A stretch of 64,000 bases of DNA from Acidimicrobiia bacterium (GTDB lineage: Bacteria; Actinomycetota; Acidimicrobiia; Acidimicrobiales; AC-14), in assembly GCA_046565765.1 (NCBI GenBank), contig JBKHXX010000057.1, positions 14,454 to 78,453 on the forward strand, read 5' to 3'. Under the pieces are notes generated by a model. The model worked only from the letters and a program-made list of their open reading frames with translations. It was not told where the DNA came from and searched no databases. Positions 53,923-62,910 of the stretch are shown piece after piece. Positions within the stretch are counted from its first letter, which is position 1; every line of letters begins with the position of its first letter. The position numbers and the translations under genes are program-made.

Positions 53923-53969
53923 TTTCGGGGCGCCGGAACCACGCAGGCCGTGGTCCGGCCGCCCCGAAA
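53923..53969. terminator. Bidirectional hairpin between the convergent glnR and DsbA-like genes
   Basis: TTTCGGGGCGCCGGAACCACG-cagg-CCGTGGTCCGGCCGCCCCGAAA, a long imperfect inverted repeat flanked by TTT / AAA. Confidence 0.6.
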
Positions 53970-53980
53970 CGGCGTGAAGG

Positions 53981-54583
53981 TCAGCGGGGGATGATCGTGT
54001 GCTTGAACTCGTTGAGCTGGGGCCAGCCGACGAGCAGGTCGAGCACCCGCTCCACCGTCGTGATGGCGAGCTGACCGTCGCCCCCGGGGCGGTGCATGAC
54101 CCGGACGAACACGGCGTCGTCGTCGGCGATGATCGTGGGCACGCCGAACACCCGCTGCTCGGCGACGGCCGCCTCGTGCTCCTTGCGGAACGTCGCCAGC
54201 GGCCACCCGGCGTCCACCTCGGCGAACACCGCGTCGGCGTCGAGGCCCACGCCCCGGACCGCCTCCCGGAGCACGCCGACGTCCCGCAGGTCGGCCCCGT
54301 GATCGTGCCGGCAGGCGAACAGGGCCCCGTGGGCGGCCAGGAACCTCTCGGGCCAGTGGTCCCGTACCGCCACGCCCACCTGGCCGGCGAGCAGGCTGCG
54401 GCATACGACCGGGTTGTCCCACGCGTCGAGCTCGCCCTCCTCCACGTGGACCTGGTCGAGCGAGAAGGGGACGAAGCGGACGTCCCAGTCGGCGCCGGCC
54501 GCCAGCCCCGCCAACAGGTGCTCGTGGAGGTTCCGGGCAAAGGGGCAGCGGTAGTCCCAGGTGACGGCGAAGGAGCGGGTCAT
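53981..54583 (-). CDS. DsbA-like thioredoxin-fold protein (Rv2466c-like family), single-Cys variant
   Basis: Track ORF trimmed to ATG 54583 (MTRSFAVTWDYRCPFARN...). Active-site position CPFA instead of CPWC. The C-terminal part VFGVPTIIADDDAVFVRV...WPQLNEFKHT resembles the Rv2466c family (recollection). Confidence 0.7.
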   Translation of the reverse strand: MTRSFAVTWDYRCPFARNLHEHLLAGLAAGADWDVRFVPFSLDQVHVEEGELDAWDNPVVCRSLLAGQVGVAVRDHWPERFLAAHGALFACRHDHGADLRDVGVLREAVRGVGLDADAVFAEVDAGWPLATFRKEHEAAVAEQRVFGVPTIIADDDAVFVRVMHRPGGDGQLAITTVERVLDLLVGWPQLNEFKHTIIPR

Positions 54584-54936
54584 GCCTGGGCTCCTACCCA
54601 CGCCCACGCCTCGATCTCGACCAGGGCCCCGAGAGGGAGGCCGGCCACCGCCACCGTGGCCCGGGCCGGGCGATGGTCGCCGAAGGCCTCGATGTAGATC
54701 TCGTTGACGATCCGGTAGTCGTCGATGTGGCGCAGGAAGATCGTGGTCTTGACGACGTGGTCCATCGTCGCCCCCTGGCCGTCAAGCAGGCCGGCCAGGT
54801 TGGCCAGGGCCTGGCGGGCCTCGGCCGCCACCCCGCCGTGGACCAGCTTGCCGTCGGCCAGGCCGACCTGGCCGGAGACGATCAACCAGTCGCCGGCGCG
54901 AACGATCGGCGTGTAGGGGCCCACAGGCGTGCTCAT
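54580..54936 (-). CDS. RidA/YjgF family protein
   Basis: PVGPYTPIVRAGDWLIVSGQVG..., VKTTIFLRHIDDY..., and PARATVAVAGLPLGALVEIEA. Confidence 0.85.
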   Translation of the reverse strand: MSTPVGPYTPIVRAGDWLIVSGQVGLADGKLVHGGVAAEARQALANLAGLLDGQGATMDHVVKTTIFLRHIDDYRIVNEIYIEAFGDHRPARATVAVAGLPLGALVEIEAWAWVGAQA

Positions 54937-54963
54937 GCCCGCATTCTTCCCGAGAACGACGAA

Positions 54964-54988
54964 ACCCCCGGGCGGGCGGCCCGGGGGT
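54964..54988 (-). terminator. Intrinsic terminator after the HesB/ErpA-type gene
   Basis: ACCCCCGGGC-gggcg-GCCCGGGGGT (10-bp stem). On the minus strand it is followed by TTTCGTCGTTCT. Confidence 0.55.
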
Positions 54989-55011
54989 CTCGAAGAAGAG
55001 CTGTCGGCGGC

Positions 55012-55371
55012 TTAGGAGAAGGACGAGCCGCAGCCGCAGGTGCGGGTGGCGTTGGGGTTGTTGATGGCGAACCCGGCCCCCTGGAGACCGTCCTTGTAGT
55101 CGAGGGAAGCGCCCTTGAGGTAGGGAGCGGAGGCGGCGTCGACCACCACCCGTACGCCCGCGGCGTCGGTGACGGTGTCGTCGGGAGCGAACTCCGAGTC
55201 GAAGAACATCTCGTAGCTGAAGCCCGAGCAGCCACCGGGACGGACGGCCACCCGGAGGGCCAGCTCGTCGTTGCCCTCGGCCTTGATGAGGTCGCGCACC
55301 TTGACGGCAGCGGCGTCGCTCAGGTTGAGGATCGGCTGCTGGCCGATGGTGATGGGCTCGCTCACACTCAT
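55012..55371 (-). CDS. Iron-sulfur cluster insertion/A-type carrier protein (HesB/IscA/ErpA family)
   Basis: [20 protein letters not shown]... and C-terminal [15 protein letters not shown], giving the three conserved Cys. Confidence 0.9.
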   Translation of the reverse strand: MSVSEPITIGQQPILNLSDAAAVKVRDLIKAEGNDELALRVAVRPGGCSGFSYEMFFDSEFAPDDTVTDAAGVRVVVDAASAPYLKGASLDYKDGLQGAGFAINNPNATRTCGCGSSFS

Positions 55372-55407
55372 TGGGACATCCTCCTCGGGTGTCTTCTCGA
55401 CTCCAGT

Positions 55408-56115
55408 TTACCGGACCGACAGCTCCACTTGGCACGGGTCGCGATCGGCCAGCGTTCCAAAACGTTCAACGCTGGCGCCGCCGATCTCTTCCACAAATCC
55501 TTCGATCAGGCCGCGATGCAGGTGGCAGACGATCTCCGGGTGGGCCTCCGCCAGCTCCCGGTAGGGGCAGTGGGTGAAGGCGATGGTGACCAGGTCGCCG
55601 TCGTCGGCCACGGCCGGGTCGAAGCCCAGCTCGGCCAGGGCGCCGGTGAGGGCCTCCACGCATCCGGGGCGGGGCGGGCGGGTGGCCGCCAGGGCCCGGC
55701 CCTGGTCGGTGGCCGCGCCGGCCGCCTCGTCGGAGCCGACGCCGGCGGTGGCCGCCACCCGGGCCAGCAGGCGGGCCAGGAGGGGGAAGGCGGGAGGCTC
55801 GAGACCGAGCGAGGGGGCGGCGGCGGTGAGGTGGTACCGGTGCTGCGGCCGTCCCACGCTGCCCCGGTTGTCGATCTCCACCTCCAGCAGGCCGACCTCT
55901 CGCATCCGCTCCAGGTGGGGACGGACGGTGTTGGGGTGCAGGCCCAGCGTGTCGGCGATGTCGGCAGTCGAGCGGGGGGACTGCGACCGGGCCAGCTCCA
56001 GGTAGATGGCGTAGCGGGTGTTGTCGCCGAGGGCCTTCAGGACGGCCAGGCGGGCGGTGCCGGGATCGGCCTCTGCAGCCTCCCCAACCAGCTCCTGCCC
56101 TTCGTCAACTGCCAC
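55408..56115 (-). CDS. ArsR-type winged-HTH regulator with a Cys-containing C-terminal domain (SufR-like architecture)
   Basis: Track ORF 55408..56643 trimmed to the in-frame GTG 56115. The HTH is ARLAVLKALGDNTRYAIYLELARSQSPRSTADIADTLGLHPNTVRPHLERMREVGLL. The C-terminal domain has Cys in GCVEAL, THCPYRELAEAHPEIVCHLH and DPCQV. Confidence 0.75.
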   Translation of the reverse strand: MAVDEGQELVGEAAEADPGTARLAVLKALGDNTRYAIYLELARSQSPRSTADIADTLGLHPNTVRPHLERMREVGLLEVEIDNRGSVGRPQHRYHLTAAAPSLGLEPPAFPLLARLLARVAATAGVGSDEAAGAATDQGRALAATRPPRPGCVEALTGALAELGFDPAVADDGDLVTIAFTHCPYRELAEAHPEIVCHLHRGLIEGFVEEIGGASVERFGTLADRDPCQVELSVR

Positions 56116-56126
56116 GACCTGGCATA

Positions 56127-56146
56127 TTACCGGCCTCGACCGGTAA
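56127..56146. promoter_or_regulatory. 7-bp perfect palindrome in the 40-nt regulator/mrp divergent intergenic region (candidate operator)
   Basis: TTACCGG-cctcga-CCGGTAA sits in a locally AT-richer patch (GGCATATTACCGG...CCGGTAAAATCC). Confidence 0.45.
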
Positions 56147-56155
56147 AATCCATCC

Positions 56156-57334
56156 GTGACCGTCCCCGCCCCCCCGCTCACCGAGGCCGACGTCCTGGGG
56201 ACGTTGCGGGGCGTCGTCGACCCGGAGCTGGGCTCCGACATCGTCGACCTGGGCATGGTCCAGGAGGTCGAGGTCGGCGAAGGAGGGCTCGTGCGGGTGA
56301 AGGTCGCCCTCACCATCGCCGGCTGCCCCCTGCGGGCCCAGATCCGCGACGACGTGCGGGCCAAGCTGCGGGCCGTCCCGGGGGTCACCGACGTCAAGGT
56401 CGACTTCGGCGAGATGAGCCAGGCCCAGCGCACCGAGGTCATGCAGCGGGCCCGCAAGAAGGCGGCCGAGAACGCCCCCACCACCGAGGTACCCCTCACC
56501 ACCCGGGTGCTGGCCGTGGCCAGCGGCAAGGGAGGCGTGGGCAAGTCGAGCGTGACCGTCAACCTGGCATCCGCCCTGGCCTCCCGGGGCTTCACGGTGG
56601 GCGTGCTCGACGCCGACATCTGGGGCTTCAGCGTCCCCCGCATGCTGGGCGTGAAAGGCCGGCTGGGGGCCGACGACGACCGCCGGCTGATCCGCCCCTA
56701 CGAGGTGGTCGTGGGCGAAGGGAAGATCGAGGTCGTGAGCATGGGGCTGCTCGTCGACGACGAGGACATGGCCATCATGTGGCGGGGGTTGATGCTGGCC
56801 AAGGCCCTGGAGGAGTTCCTCCAGAAGGTGGCCTGGGGCCCCCTCGACTACCTCCTGCTCGACATGCCGCCGGGCACCGGGGACATCCAGATGGCGCTGA
56901 GCCGGCTCCTGCCCCGGGCCCAGATGCTGATCGTCACCACGCCGGCGGTGGCGGCCCAGAAGGTGGCCGTGCGGGTGGCCGACATGGCCCGCCGGTCCTA
57001 CCTCACCGTCCTGGGCGTGATCGAGAACATGACCGCCTTCACCTGCGACCACGGCGAGTCCTACCCGCTGTTCGGCACGGGCGGCGGTCAGGCCCTGGCC
57101 GAAGGCCTGGGCGTGCCCCTGATCGGCCAGATCCCGCTGGAGCCCGCCGTCAGCGCGGCCAACGACGCCGGCCGGCCGCTCGCAGTGGCCGCACCCGAGA
57201 GCGCGTCAGGCGTGGTCTTCGCCGACCTGGCCCGCCGCCTCGCCGAGGACCTCGTCCCCCCCGTGGACATGGGTGGCTGCACCGCCCGGGTGCTGGCAGC
57301 CGCCAATGCCGCACTCGACGCCCTGCCGCGATGA
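56156..57334 (+). CDS. mrp: Mrp/NBP35/ApbC-family Fe-S cluster carrier ATPase with an N-terminal DUF59 domain
   Basis: DUF59 region VVDPELGSDIVDLGMV. Deviant Walker A VASGKGGVGKSSVTVNLA. Also DMPPGTGD and the CxxC-equivalent region FTCDHG. GTG start. Confidence 0.9.
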   Translation: MTVPAPPLTEADVLGTLRGVVDPELGSDIVDLGMVQEVEVGEGGLVRVKVALTIAGCPLRAQIRDDVRAKLRAVPGVTDVKVDFGEMSQAQRTEVMQRARKKAAENAPTTEVPLTTRVLAVASGKGGVGKSSVTVNLASALASRGFTVGVLDADIWGFSVPRMLGVKGRLGADDDRRLIRPYEVVVGEGKIEVVSMGLLVDDEDMAIMWRGLMLAKALEEFLQKVAWGPLDYLLLDMPPGTGDIQMALSRLLPRAQMLIVTTPAVAAQKVAVRVADMARRSYLTVLGVIENMTAFTCDHGESYPLFGTGGGQALAEGLGVPLIGQIPLEPAVSAANDAGRPLAVAAPESASGVVFADLARRLAEDLVPPVDMGGCTARVLAAANAALDALPR

Positions 57335-57391
57335 GTTCCGGTCGCCCGGATCGTCGGAGGGGCGACAAACCACCACGCAACGGAGGACCAG

Positions 57392-57823
57392 ATGGCCTTT
57401 CACCCCTACCTGTTCTTCGACGGCACCTGCCGCCAGGCGTTCACCCGCTACCAGGAGGTCTTCGGTGGCGAGCTGTCGGTCATGACGATGGCCGACACGC
57501 CCCCCGGCGAGGCGCCCGTCCCTGCGGAGCAGGCCGACATGGTCATGCACGCCTCGCTCACCTACGACGGCAACCTGCTCATGGGCTCCGACGACCCAAC
57601 GGGCGGGTTCGACGGCGTCCGGGGGATGCAGGTCGCCTACTCCGCCCCTGACGCGGCCGAGGCCAAGCGGGCCTTCGACGCGCTGGCCGAAGGCGGCACG
57701 GTCACGATGCCGTTCAGCGAGACGTTCTGGTCGAAGGGGTTCGGCATGTGCGTCGACCGCTTCGGCACGCCCTGGATGGTCGACACCGCGAACCCGGGCG
57801 AGGCCGGGTCATCCAGCAGCTAG
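57392..57823 (+). CDS. VOC/glyoxalase-fold protein (PhnB-like)
   Basis: HPYLFFDGTCRQAFTRYQEVFGG... and FGMCVDRFGTPWMV. GGAGGA SD. Confidence 0.8.
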   Translation: MAFHPYLFFDGTCRQAFTRYQEVFGGELSVMTMADTPPGEAPVPAEQADMVMHASLTYDGNLLMGSDDPTGGFDGVRGMQVAYSAPDAAEAKRAFDALAEGGTVTMPFSETFWSKGFGMCVDRFGTPWMVDTANPGEAGSSSS

Positions 57824-58194
57824 AAGCGCTGGACCCGCATGGCGAGCCTGCGCAGGACGGTGCCCCGGATGGCGGCCCGCACCGGGGGCAGCAGGAGCAG
57901 GATCCCCACGCAGTCGGTCACGAAGCCGGGTGAGATGAGCAGGGCGCCGGCGAGCATGATCATCATGCCGTCGGCCACCTCCTTGCCCGGCACGTGGCCG
58001 GTCTCCATCTGGTGGCGGAACCGTCGCCACACGCCCAACCCCTCCCGCTTGACCAGCCACGACCCGATGACGCTGACCAGCAGCAGCAGGGCGATCGTGT
58101 TCAGCACGCCGATCACCTGGCCCACCTGGATGATCACCGCCAGCTCGACGATGGGGAGGACCAGGAAGAGGAGGAACAGCACCGGGAGCATCAC
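57820..58194 (-). CDS. fxsA: FxsA family membrane protein
   Basis: LFLVLPIVELAVIIQVGQVIG...GALLISPGFVTDCVGILLLLPPVR is the FxsA signature. Confidence 0.85.
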   Translation of the reverse strand: MMLPVLFLLFLVLPIVELAVIIQVGQVIGVLNTIALLLLVSVIGSWLVKREGLGVWRRFRHQMETGHVPGKEVADGMMIMLAGALLISPGFVTDCVGILLLLPPVRAAIRGTVLRRLAMRVQRF

Positions 58195-58249
58195 CTAGCT
58201 CTAACACCCTGCCCGGTGCGGTGCTTCCCCTCGCCGGTACTCTCCTGCC

Positions 58250-59326
58250 ATGGCCCGGGACGACCCGACGGAGCCGATCTTCGTCGACGCGAGGCCCGAG
58301 CCGCCCAAGCCGCCGGCACGGCCCGCGCCCAAGCGGGTGCGGCCGCCGGCCAAGAAGCGGCCGGGAGCCACGGGGTCCCGGCCGGCGCCGGCGCGGGCGC
58401 CCGCCGTAGGACCCGCGGCCCCGGCTCCGCTCCGGGGCGAGGCCGACGGGGAGCCGACGGTGGCGATCCGGCCGGTGACGGCTCGCCCGCACCGCCGCCG
58501 GCGGCGGCCGCCGCCGTTCATGCGCCCGGGTGCGCCCGGGGCCATCCTCATGACCGGCATCCTCGCCGTCATCGTGGCCTTCGTGGCGACCTTCGCCTGG
58601 GCCATCGTCGACGCCAGCAAGCCCGTGCGGGCCCCCGACTCGGAGACCACGCCCGCCCCGTCCTTCGTGCCGCCGCCCACGATCGACCCTCAGACGAGCA
58701 CCACCCGTCCGCCCGAGGACCTCACCGAGGAGGAGGTGGCCCGGCGGGTGGCGGCCACCGTCCGGCCCGTGCAGACGCGGGACGAAGCGGGCCAGCCCAT
58801 CACCGGCACGGCCTTCGTGGTCGGCTCCTTCGGCGGCCAGACGCTGCTGCTGACGTCGTTCGAGGTGGTGCGGGCCAGCACGAGGAACCCCGGTCCCGGC
58901 ATCACCCTCGACGGCAACCGCCAGGCCTCGCTGTGGACGTGGGAGGAGAGCCGTGACCTGGCCCTGCTGGTCACCGGCGGGTCGATCGAGAGCCTGCCGT
59001 GGGCGACCATCGCCCCCGAGCCGGGCGACAAGGTGTGGGCCGGTGGGGCCGGCCAGAGGATGTCGGCCGGGGTCGTGCTGGCCGTGAACGACGGCGGGAT
59101 AGAACACAACATCTTCATCGACGACGTGCGGCGGGGCGCGCCGCTGATCAACGAGCGGGGCGAGCTGCTGGGGATGACGTCGCTCGCCTACAACCCGGGC
59201 GGGAGGGGGACCGACACGCTCTACACGGCCATCGCCATCCGGTCCGCCTGCGAACGGGTTCTGCGCTGCGGCAGCGGCAACACCACCGCCGAGGGCGCCG
59301 CCAGCACCACCACCGCGCCGCGTTAG
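58250..59326 (+). CDS. Membrane-anchored trypsin/HtrA-like domain protein, apparently catalytically inactive
   Basis: Pro/Arg-rich N-terminus, then TM helix ILMTGILAVIVAFVATFAWAIV. The peptidase-S1-like core is GTAFVVGSFGGQTLLLTSFEVV (His position reads E), RDLALLV (Asp kept) and DDVRRGAPLINERGELLG (no GxSGG serine). Confidence 0.65.
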   Translation: MARDDPTEPIFVDARPEPPKPPARPAPKRVRPPAKKRPGATGSRPAPARAPAVGPAAPAPLRGEADGEPTVAIRPVTARPHRRRRRPPPFMRPGAPGAILMTGILAVIVAFVATFAWAIVDASKPVRAPDSETTPAPSFVPPPTIDPQTSTTRPPEDLTEEEVARRVAATVRPVQTRDEAGQPITGTAFVVGSFGGQTLLLTSFEVVRASTRNPGPGITLDGNRQASLWTWEESRDLALLVTGGSIESLPWATIAPEPGDKVWAGGAGQRMSAGVVLAVNDGGIEHNIFIDDVRRGAPLINERGELLGMTSLAYNPGGRGTDTLYTAIAIRSACERVLRCGSGNTTAEGAASTTTAPR

Positions 59327-61608
59327 GGGATCGACCGGGTCGTCGGCGTGACCGAGACCGTCGTGGGGACGACGGGTGGTCGGGTGGTCGTGGTGTTGAA
59401 GGGCGACGTAGGCAGCGGCAGCAGCGTCGGCTGCGGCCCGGTGGGGAACGTCGGGAACGGCGTGGTCGGCAAGGGGGCGACCGTGGGCGGGGGACCCTGC
59501 ACGATCTGGATGGGCGTGGTGACCTGCGTCTCCTCCAAGGCCCGGCGGGGACCGGCGGCGATGTCGCCGGCCAAGGCGACCGGGGCGGGGAAGTTGGCCT
59601 CGGGCATGCCCTTGACCGCCTCGCTCATGAACGCCTTCCAGGTGGAAGCCGGGATCGTCCCCCCGTAGACCTGGTTGACGCCCTTGATGTTGCGGAGCGG
59701 GCGGGACCGGGTGTCGGAGTAGCCCATCCACACCGCCGTGGACAGTTGGGGCGTGTAGCCCACGAACCAGGCGTCGCCGTTGTCCTCGCTGGTGCCGGTC
59801 TTGCCGGCGGTGCCCTCGGGGCGACCGATGGCGGCGCCCTCGCCGGTGCCGAACTGCACGACGCCCTTGAGCACGTCGTTGACGTTGTCGGCGACCGCCT
59901 CGGCCAGCACCCGCCGTGGCTGGCGCTTGGTGTTGTCCTCCAGCACCCGGCCCTCGGCGTCGGTGACCTTCACCACTGGTGTCACGGGCTGCTGGAGGCC
60001 TCGATTGGCGAACACCGAGTAGGCGGCGGCCATGTCGAGGGGCGAGGACTCGGCGGAGCCGAGGGTGAGGCTGACCCCGTAGGGCTCGCCGTCGGTGGGA
60101 CGGGTGCCGTCCGGCCCGACCATGGTGAGACCGAGCCGGTTGGCCATCTCCGCCGTCTCCTTGACCCCCACGTCCCGGACGAGCTGGGCGTAGACGGTGT
60201 TGACCGAGTAGGCGGTGGCAAGGCGGAGGGAGATGGCCCCGTAGCCGCCGCTCTCCACGTTGCGGATCGTGCAGTTGGCCGCCCCGCAGTTGGGCACGGT
60301 GTAGGACGACGGCCCGCTGTAGACCCGGCTGGGGCCGATGCCCGCCTCGAAGGCGGCGGCCAGGGTGATGGGCTTGAACGCCGATCCCGGCTGGCGGCCG
60401 CTGCCCCCTCCCGCCAGGCAGACGGGGCCGGTGGGCGCGGGCTGGTCCGGCTCACGGGGGGGCTGCTCGACGCAGGACCCGAGGGCCAGGTTCACCTGCG
60501 AGGAGTCGAAGTCCCGCCCGCCGATGAGGGCCTTCACGTAGCCGGTCCCCGGCTCGACCGAGACCAGCGCCATCTCCAGCGGCGGCTGGGTGCCGGCCAG
60601 GGCGTTGGTGACCGCGGCCCGGGCCTGCTCCTGCATGCGGGGGTCGAGCGACGTCTCCACCCGCAGGCCGCCCTTGTAGATGGCGTCGTCGCCGTACTTG
60701 ACACTGATGTAGCGGCGGACGGCGTCCACGAAGTACGGCTCGGTGGCCGACTGCGCCTCGATGGGGTGGATCAGCACGGCCGGCCCGTCGGGCGCCGCCT
60801 CGCTGCCCACGTTGACGATCCGCATGGCCGCCGCCTCGTCATGCTGTGCCTGGCTGATCCGCCTCTGCTCGAGCATCAGCCGCAGGGTCCGCAGCCGGTT
60901 GGCCTCGGCCGCCGACGGGTTGGCCCGGGGCTCCAGCTCGCTGGGAGCGCGGATGACACCGGCGAGCATGGCCGCCTCCGCCAGGTTGATCTCGCTCACG
61001 GGCTTCTTGAAGTACGACTCGGCCGCCGCACCCACGCCGTAGGCGCCGCCCCCCAGGTAGATCTGGGACAGGTAGCGGTAGAGGATCTCGTCCTTGTCGA
61101 ACTGCCGGTCGATGCGGCTGGCGATGACCGCTTCCTTGAGCTTGCGGGCGAAGGTCCGCTCGCCCCCGGTGTAGACCTGCTTGACGTACTGCTGGGTGAT
61201 GGTCGACCCGCCCTGCACCACGTCGCGGTTCCGGAAGTCGGCCCACAGGGCCCGGAAGGCGGCCTGGATGTCGAAGCCGCTGTGGGAGTAGAAGCGCTGG
61301 TCCTCCACCGCCACCACGGCCTGCTTGAGGACCTCGGGGATGTCCTCCGGCTTGACCGGCACCTTGGTGTCGAAGCGGCGCAGCACGCCGATCTCGTTGC
61401 CGGTGGCGTCGTAGATGTGGGTGATGCGCGAGGCGTCGACGTCGGCGTTGGGCCGGGGCAGGGCGGGCGTGGGCAGCGGCAGGAAGATGTACGACCCGAG
61501 CGAGACGCCGATCACCACGACGGGGAGGACGAAGGCCACCGCCAGGAACGTGGCGATGGCCTGCGGGAGGCGCGACAGGCGGAGCCCCATGGCCCGCAAT
61601 GATCCCAT
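59323..61608 (-). CDS. Class A penicillin-binding protein (transglycosylase + transpeptidase, PBP1A-type)
   Basis: Track ORF 59323..62826 trimmed to ATG 61608, with GGGAG upstream. GT51 motifs AVVAVEDQRFYSHSGFD and GGSTITQQY. Transpeptidase motifs GSAFKP (SxxK), SVN and GKTGTS. Pro/Thr-rich C-terminal tail. Confidence 0.9.
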   Translation of the reverse strand: MGSLRAMGLRLSRLPQAIATFLAVAFVLPVVVIGVSLGSYIFLPLPTPALPRPNADVDASRITHIYDATGNEIGVLRRFDTKVPVKPEDIPEVLKQAVVAVEDQRFYSHSGFDIQAAFRALWADFRNRDVVQGGSTITQQYVKQVYTGGERTFARKLKEAVIASRIDRQFDKDEILYRYLSQIYLGGGAYGVGAAAESYFKKPVSEINLAEAAMLAGVIRAPSELEPRANPSAAEANRLRTLRLMLEQRRISQAQHDEAAAMRIVNVGSEAAPDGPAVLIHPIEAQSATEPYFVDAVRRYISVKYGDDAIYKGGLRVETSLDPRMQEQARAAVTNALAGTQPPLEMALVSVEPGTGYVKALIGGRDFDSSQVNLALGSCVEQPPREPDQPAPTGPVCLAGGGSGRQPGSAFKPITLAAAFEAGIGPSRVYSGPSSYTVPNCGAANCTIRNVESGGYGAISLRLATAYSVNTVYAQLVRDVGVKETAEMANRLGLTMVGPDGTRPTDGEPYGVSLTLGSAESSPLDMAAAYSVFANRGLQQPVTPVVKVTDAEGRVLEDNTKRQPRRVLAEAVADNVNDVLKGVVQFGTGEGAAIGRPEGTAGKTGTSEDNGDAWFVGYTPQLSTAVWMGYSDTRSRPLRNIKGVNQVYGGTIPASTWKAFMSEAVKGMPEANFPAPVALAGDIAAGPRRALEETQVTTPIQIVQGPPPTVAPLPTTPFPTFPTGPQPTLLPLPTSPFNTTTTRPPVVPTTVSVTPTTRSIP

Positions 61609-61635
61609 GAACGCACACTCCCGTATCCTCGGGAG

Positions 61636-62910
61636 GTGCCCGACCGGCCGCCCTCCGTCGACGCGTTGGCCCGCTCGCTGGCCGACATCGACCTCCCCCA
61701 CCCGCTGCTGGTCGACGCCGCCCGCCGGGCCATCGCCGCCGGGGACCCGTCGTCGGCCCGGGCCCTCGCCGAGCGGGTGGCCGCCACGCTGCTGTGTCCG
61801 GTGGTCAACGCCACCGGCGTCCTCTTGCACACCAACCTGGGCCGGGCGCCCCTGGCCGGCCGTGGGCCTCTGGGCGACGCCGGCGCCCTCCGCTACAGCA
61901 ACCTCGAGTTCGACCTGACCACGGGGAAGCGGGGGTCGCGCCGCGGCCACGCCGGGTCGCTGCTGGCCCGGGCGGCGGGGGCGGAGGCGGCGGTCGTGGT
62001 CAACAACGGGGCGGCCGCGGTGCTGCTGGTGCTGGCCGCCCTGGCCAGGGACCGGGCCGTGGTGGTGTCCCGGGGCGAGCTGGTAGAGATCGGCGGCGGG
62101 TTCCGGGTGCCCGACGTGATGGCCCAGTCGGGGGCGCGGCTGGTCGAGGTGGGGACGACCAACCGCACCCGCCTCCGGGACTACGAGGCCGCCCTGGGCG
62201 AGAACCACGACGTGTCGCTGATCCTCAAGGTCCACCAGTCGAACTACCGGATCGTGGGGTTCACCGAGGCGGCCGAGGTCGGCGCGCTGGCCCGGCTGGG
62301 CCCCCCGGTGGTGGCCGACATCGGCTCGGGCCTCCTCGACGCCGACACGCCCTGGCTGCCCGGCTCGGGCGGTCCGCCGGCGTGGCTGGCCGGGGAGCCG
62401 GCCGCCCGCCAGACGCTCGCCGCCGGCGCCGCCCTCGTCACCTTCTCGGGCGACAAGCTGCTGGGCGGGCCCCAGGCCGGGATCGTCGCCGGCCGGCCGG
62501 ATCTCGTGGAGCGCTGCGCCCGCCACCCGCTCATGCGGGCCTTCCGGCCGGGGGGGCTGGTCCTGGGCGCGCTCCAGGAGACCGCCATGGCCTACCTGCG
62601 ACGGGACGGGCTGGCCATCCCGTTCTGGCGGATGGCGGCCGAGCCGGTGGAGTCGCTGCGGGCCCGGGCCGCGGCCATGGGCGTCGGTCGGGTGGTCGAC
62701 ACGGTGGCGGTGGCGGGTGGGGGGTCGGTGCCCGGCCAGGAGATGCCCTCGGCCGGGGTGGCGGTGGAGGGTGACCACGCCGAGCGGCTCCGCTCCTGCG
62801 ACCCGCCCATCGTGGCCCGGGTGCACGAGGGCTCGACGGTGTGCGACCTGCGGACGGTCGACCCCGCCGACGACCCCCTGGTGGCCAAGGCCCTCGCCGA
62901 CCTCGGATGA
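61636..62910 (+). CDS. selA: L-seryl-tRNA(Sec) selenium transferase
   Basis: N-terminal PSVDALARSL... and NATGVLLHTNLGRAPL. The PLP-lysine motif is FSGDKLLGGPQAGIVAG. The GTG start directly abuts GGGAGG, so the true start may differ by a few codons. Confidence 0.9.
   Translation: MPDRPPSVDALARSLADIDLPHPLLVDAARRAIAAGDPSSARALAERVAATLLCPVVNATGVLLHTNLGRAPLAGRGPLGDAGALRYSNLEFDLTTGKRGSRRGHAGSLLARAAGAEAAVVVNNGAAAVLLVLAALARDRAVVVSRGELVEIGGGFRVPDVMAQSGARLVEVGTTNRTRLRDYEAALGENHDVSLILKVHQSNYRIVGFTEAAEVGALARLGPPVVADIGSGLLDADTPWLPGSGGPPAWLAGEPAARQTLAAGAALVTFSGDKLLGGPQAGIVAGRPDLVERCARHPLMRAFRPGGLVLGALQETAMAYLRRDGLAIPFWRMAAEPVESLRARAAAMGVGRVVDTVAVAGGGSVPGQEMPSAGVAVEGDHAERLRSCDPPIVARVHEGSTVCDLRTVDPADDPLVAKALADLG

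Noticed and set aside
54673-62826. ORFs 54673..57651 (+, 992 aa), 57809..59731 (-, 640 aa), 58999..61602 (+, 867 aa) and the 5' extension of 59323..62826 (-)
   Set aside because: They are all antisense to, or frame-shifted relative to, genes with strong family signatures (RidA, ErpA-type, mrp, fxsA, PBP1A, selA). Their products are dominated by Arg/Gly/Pro/His runs.
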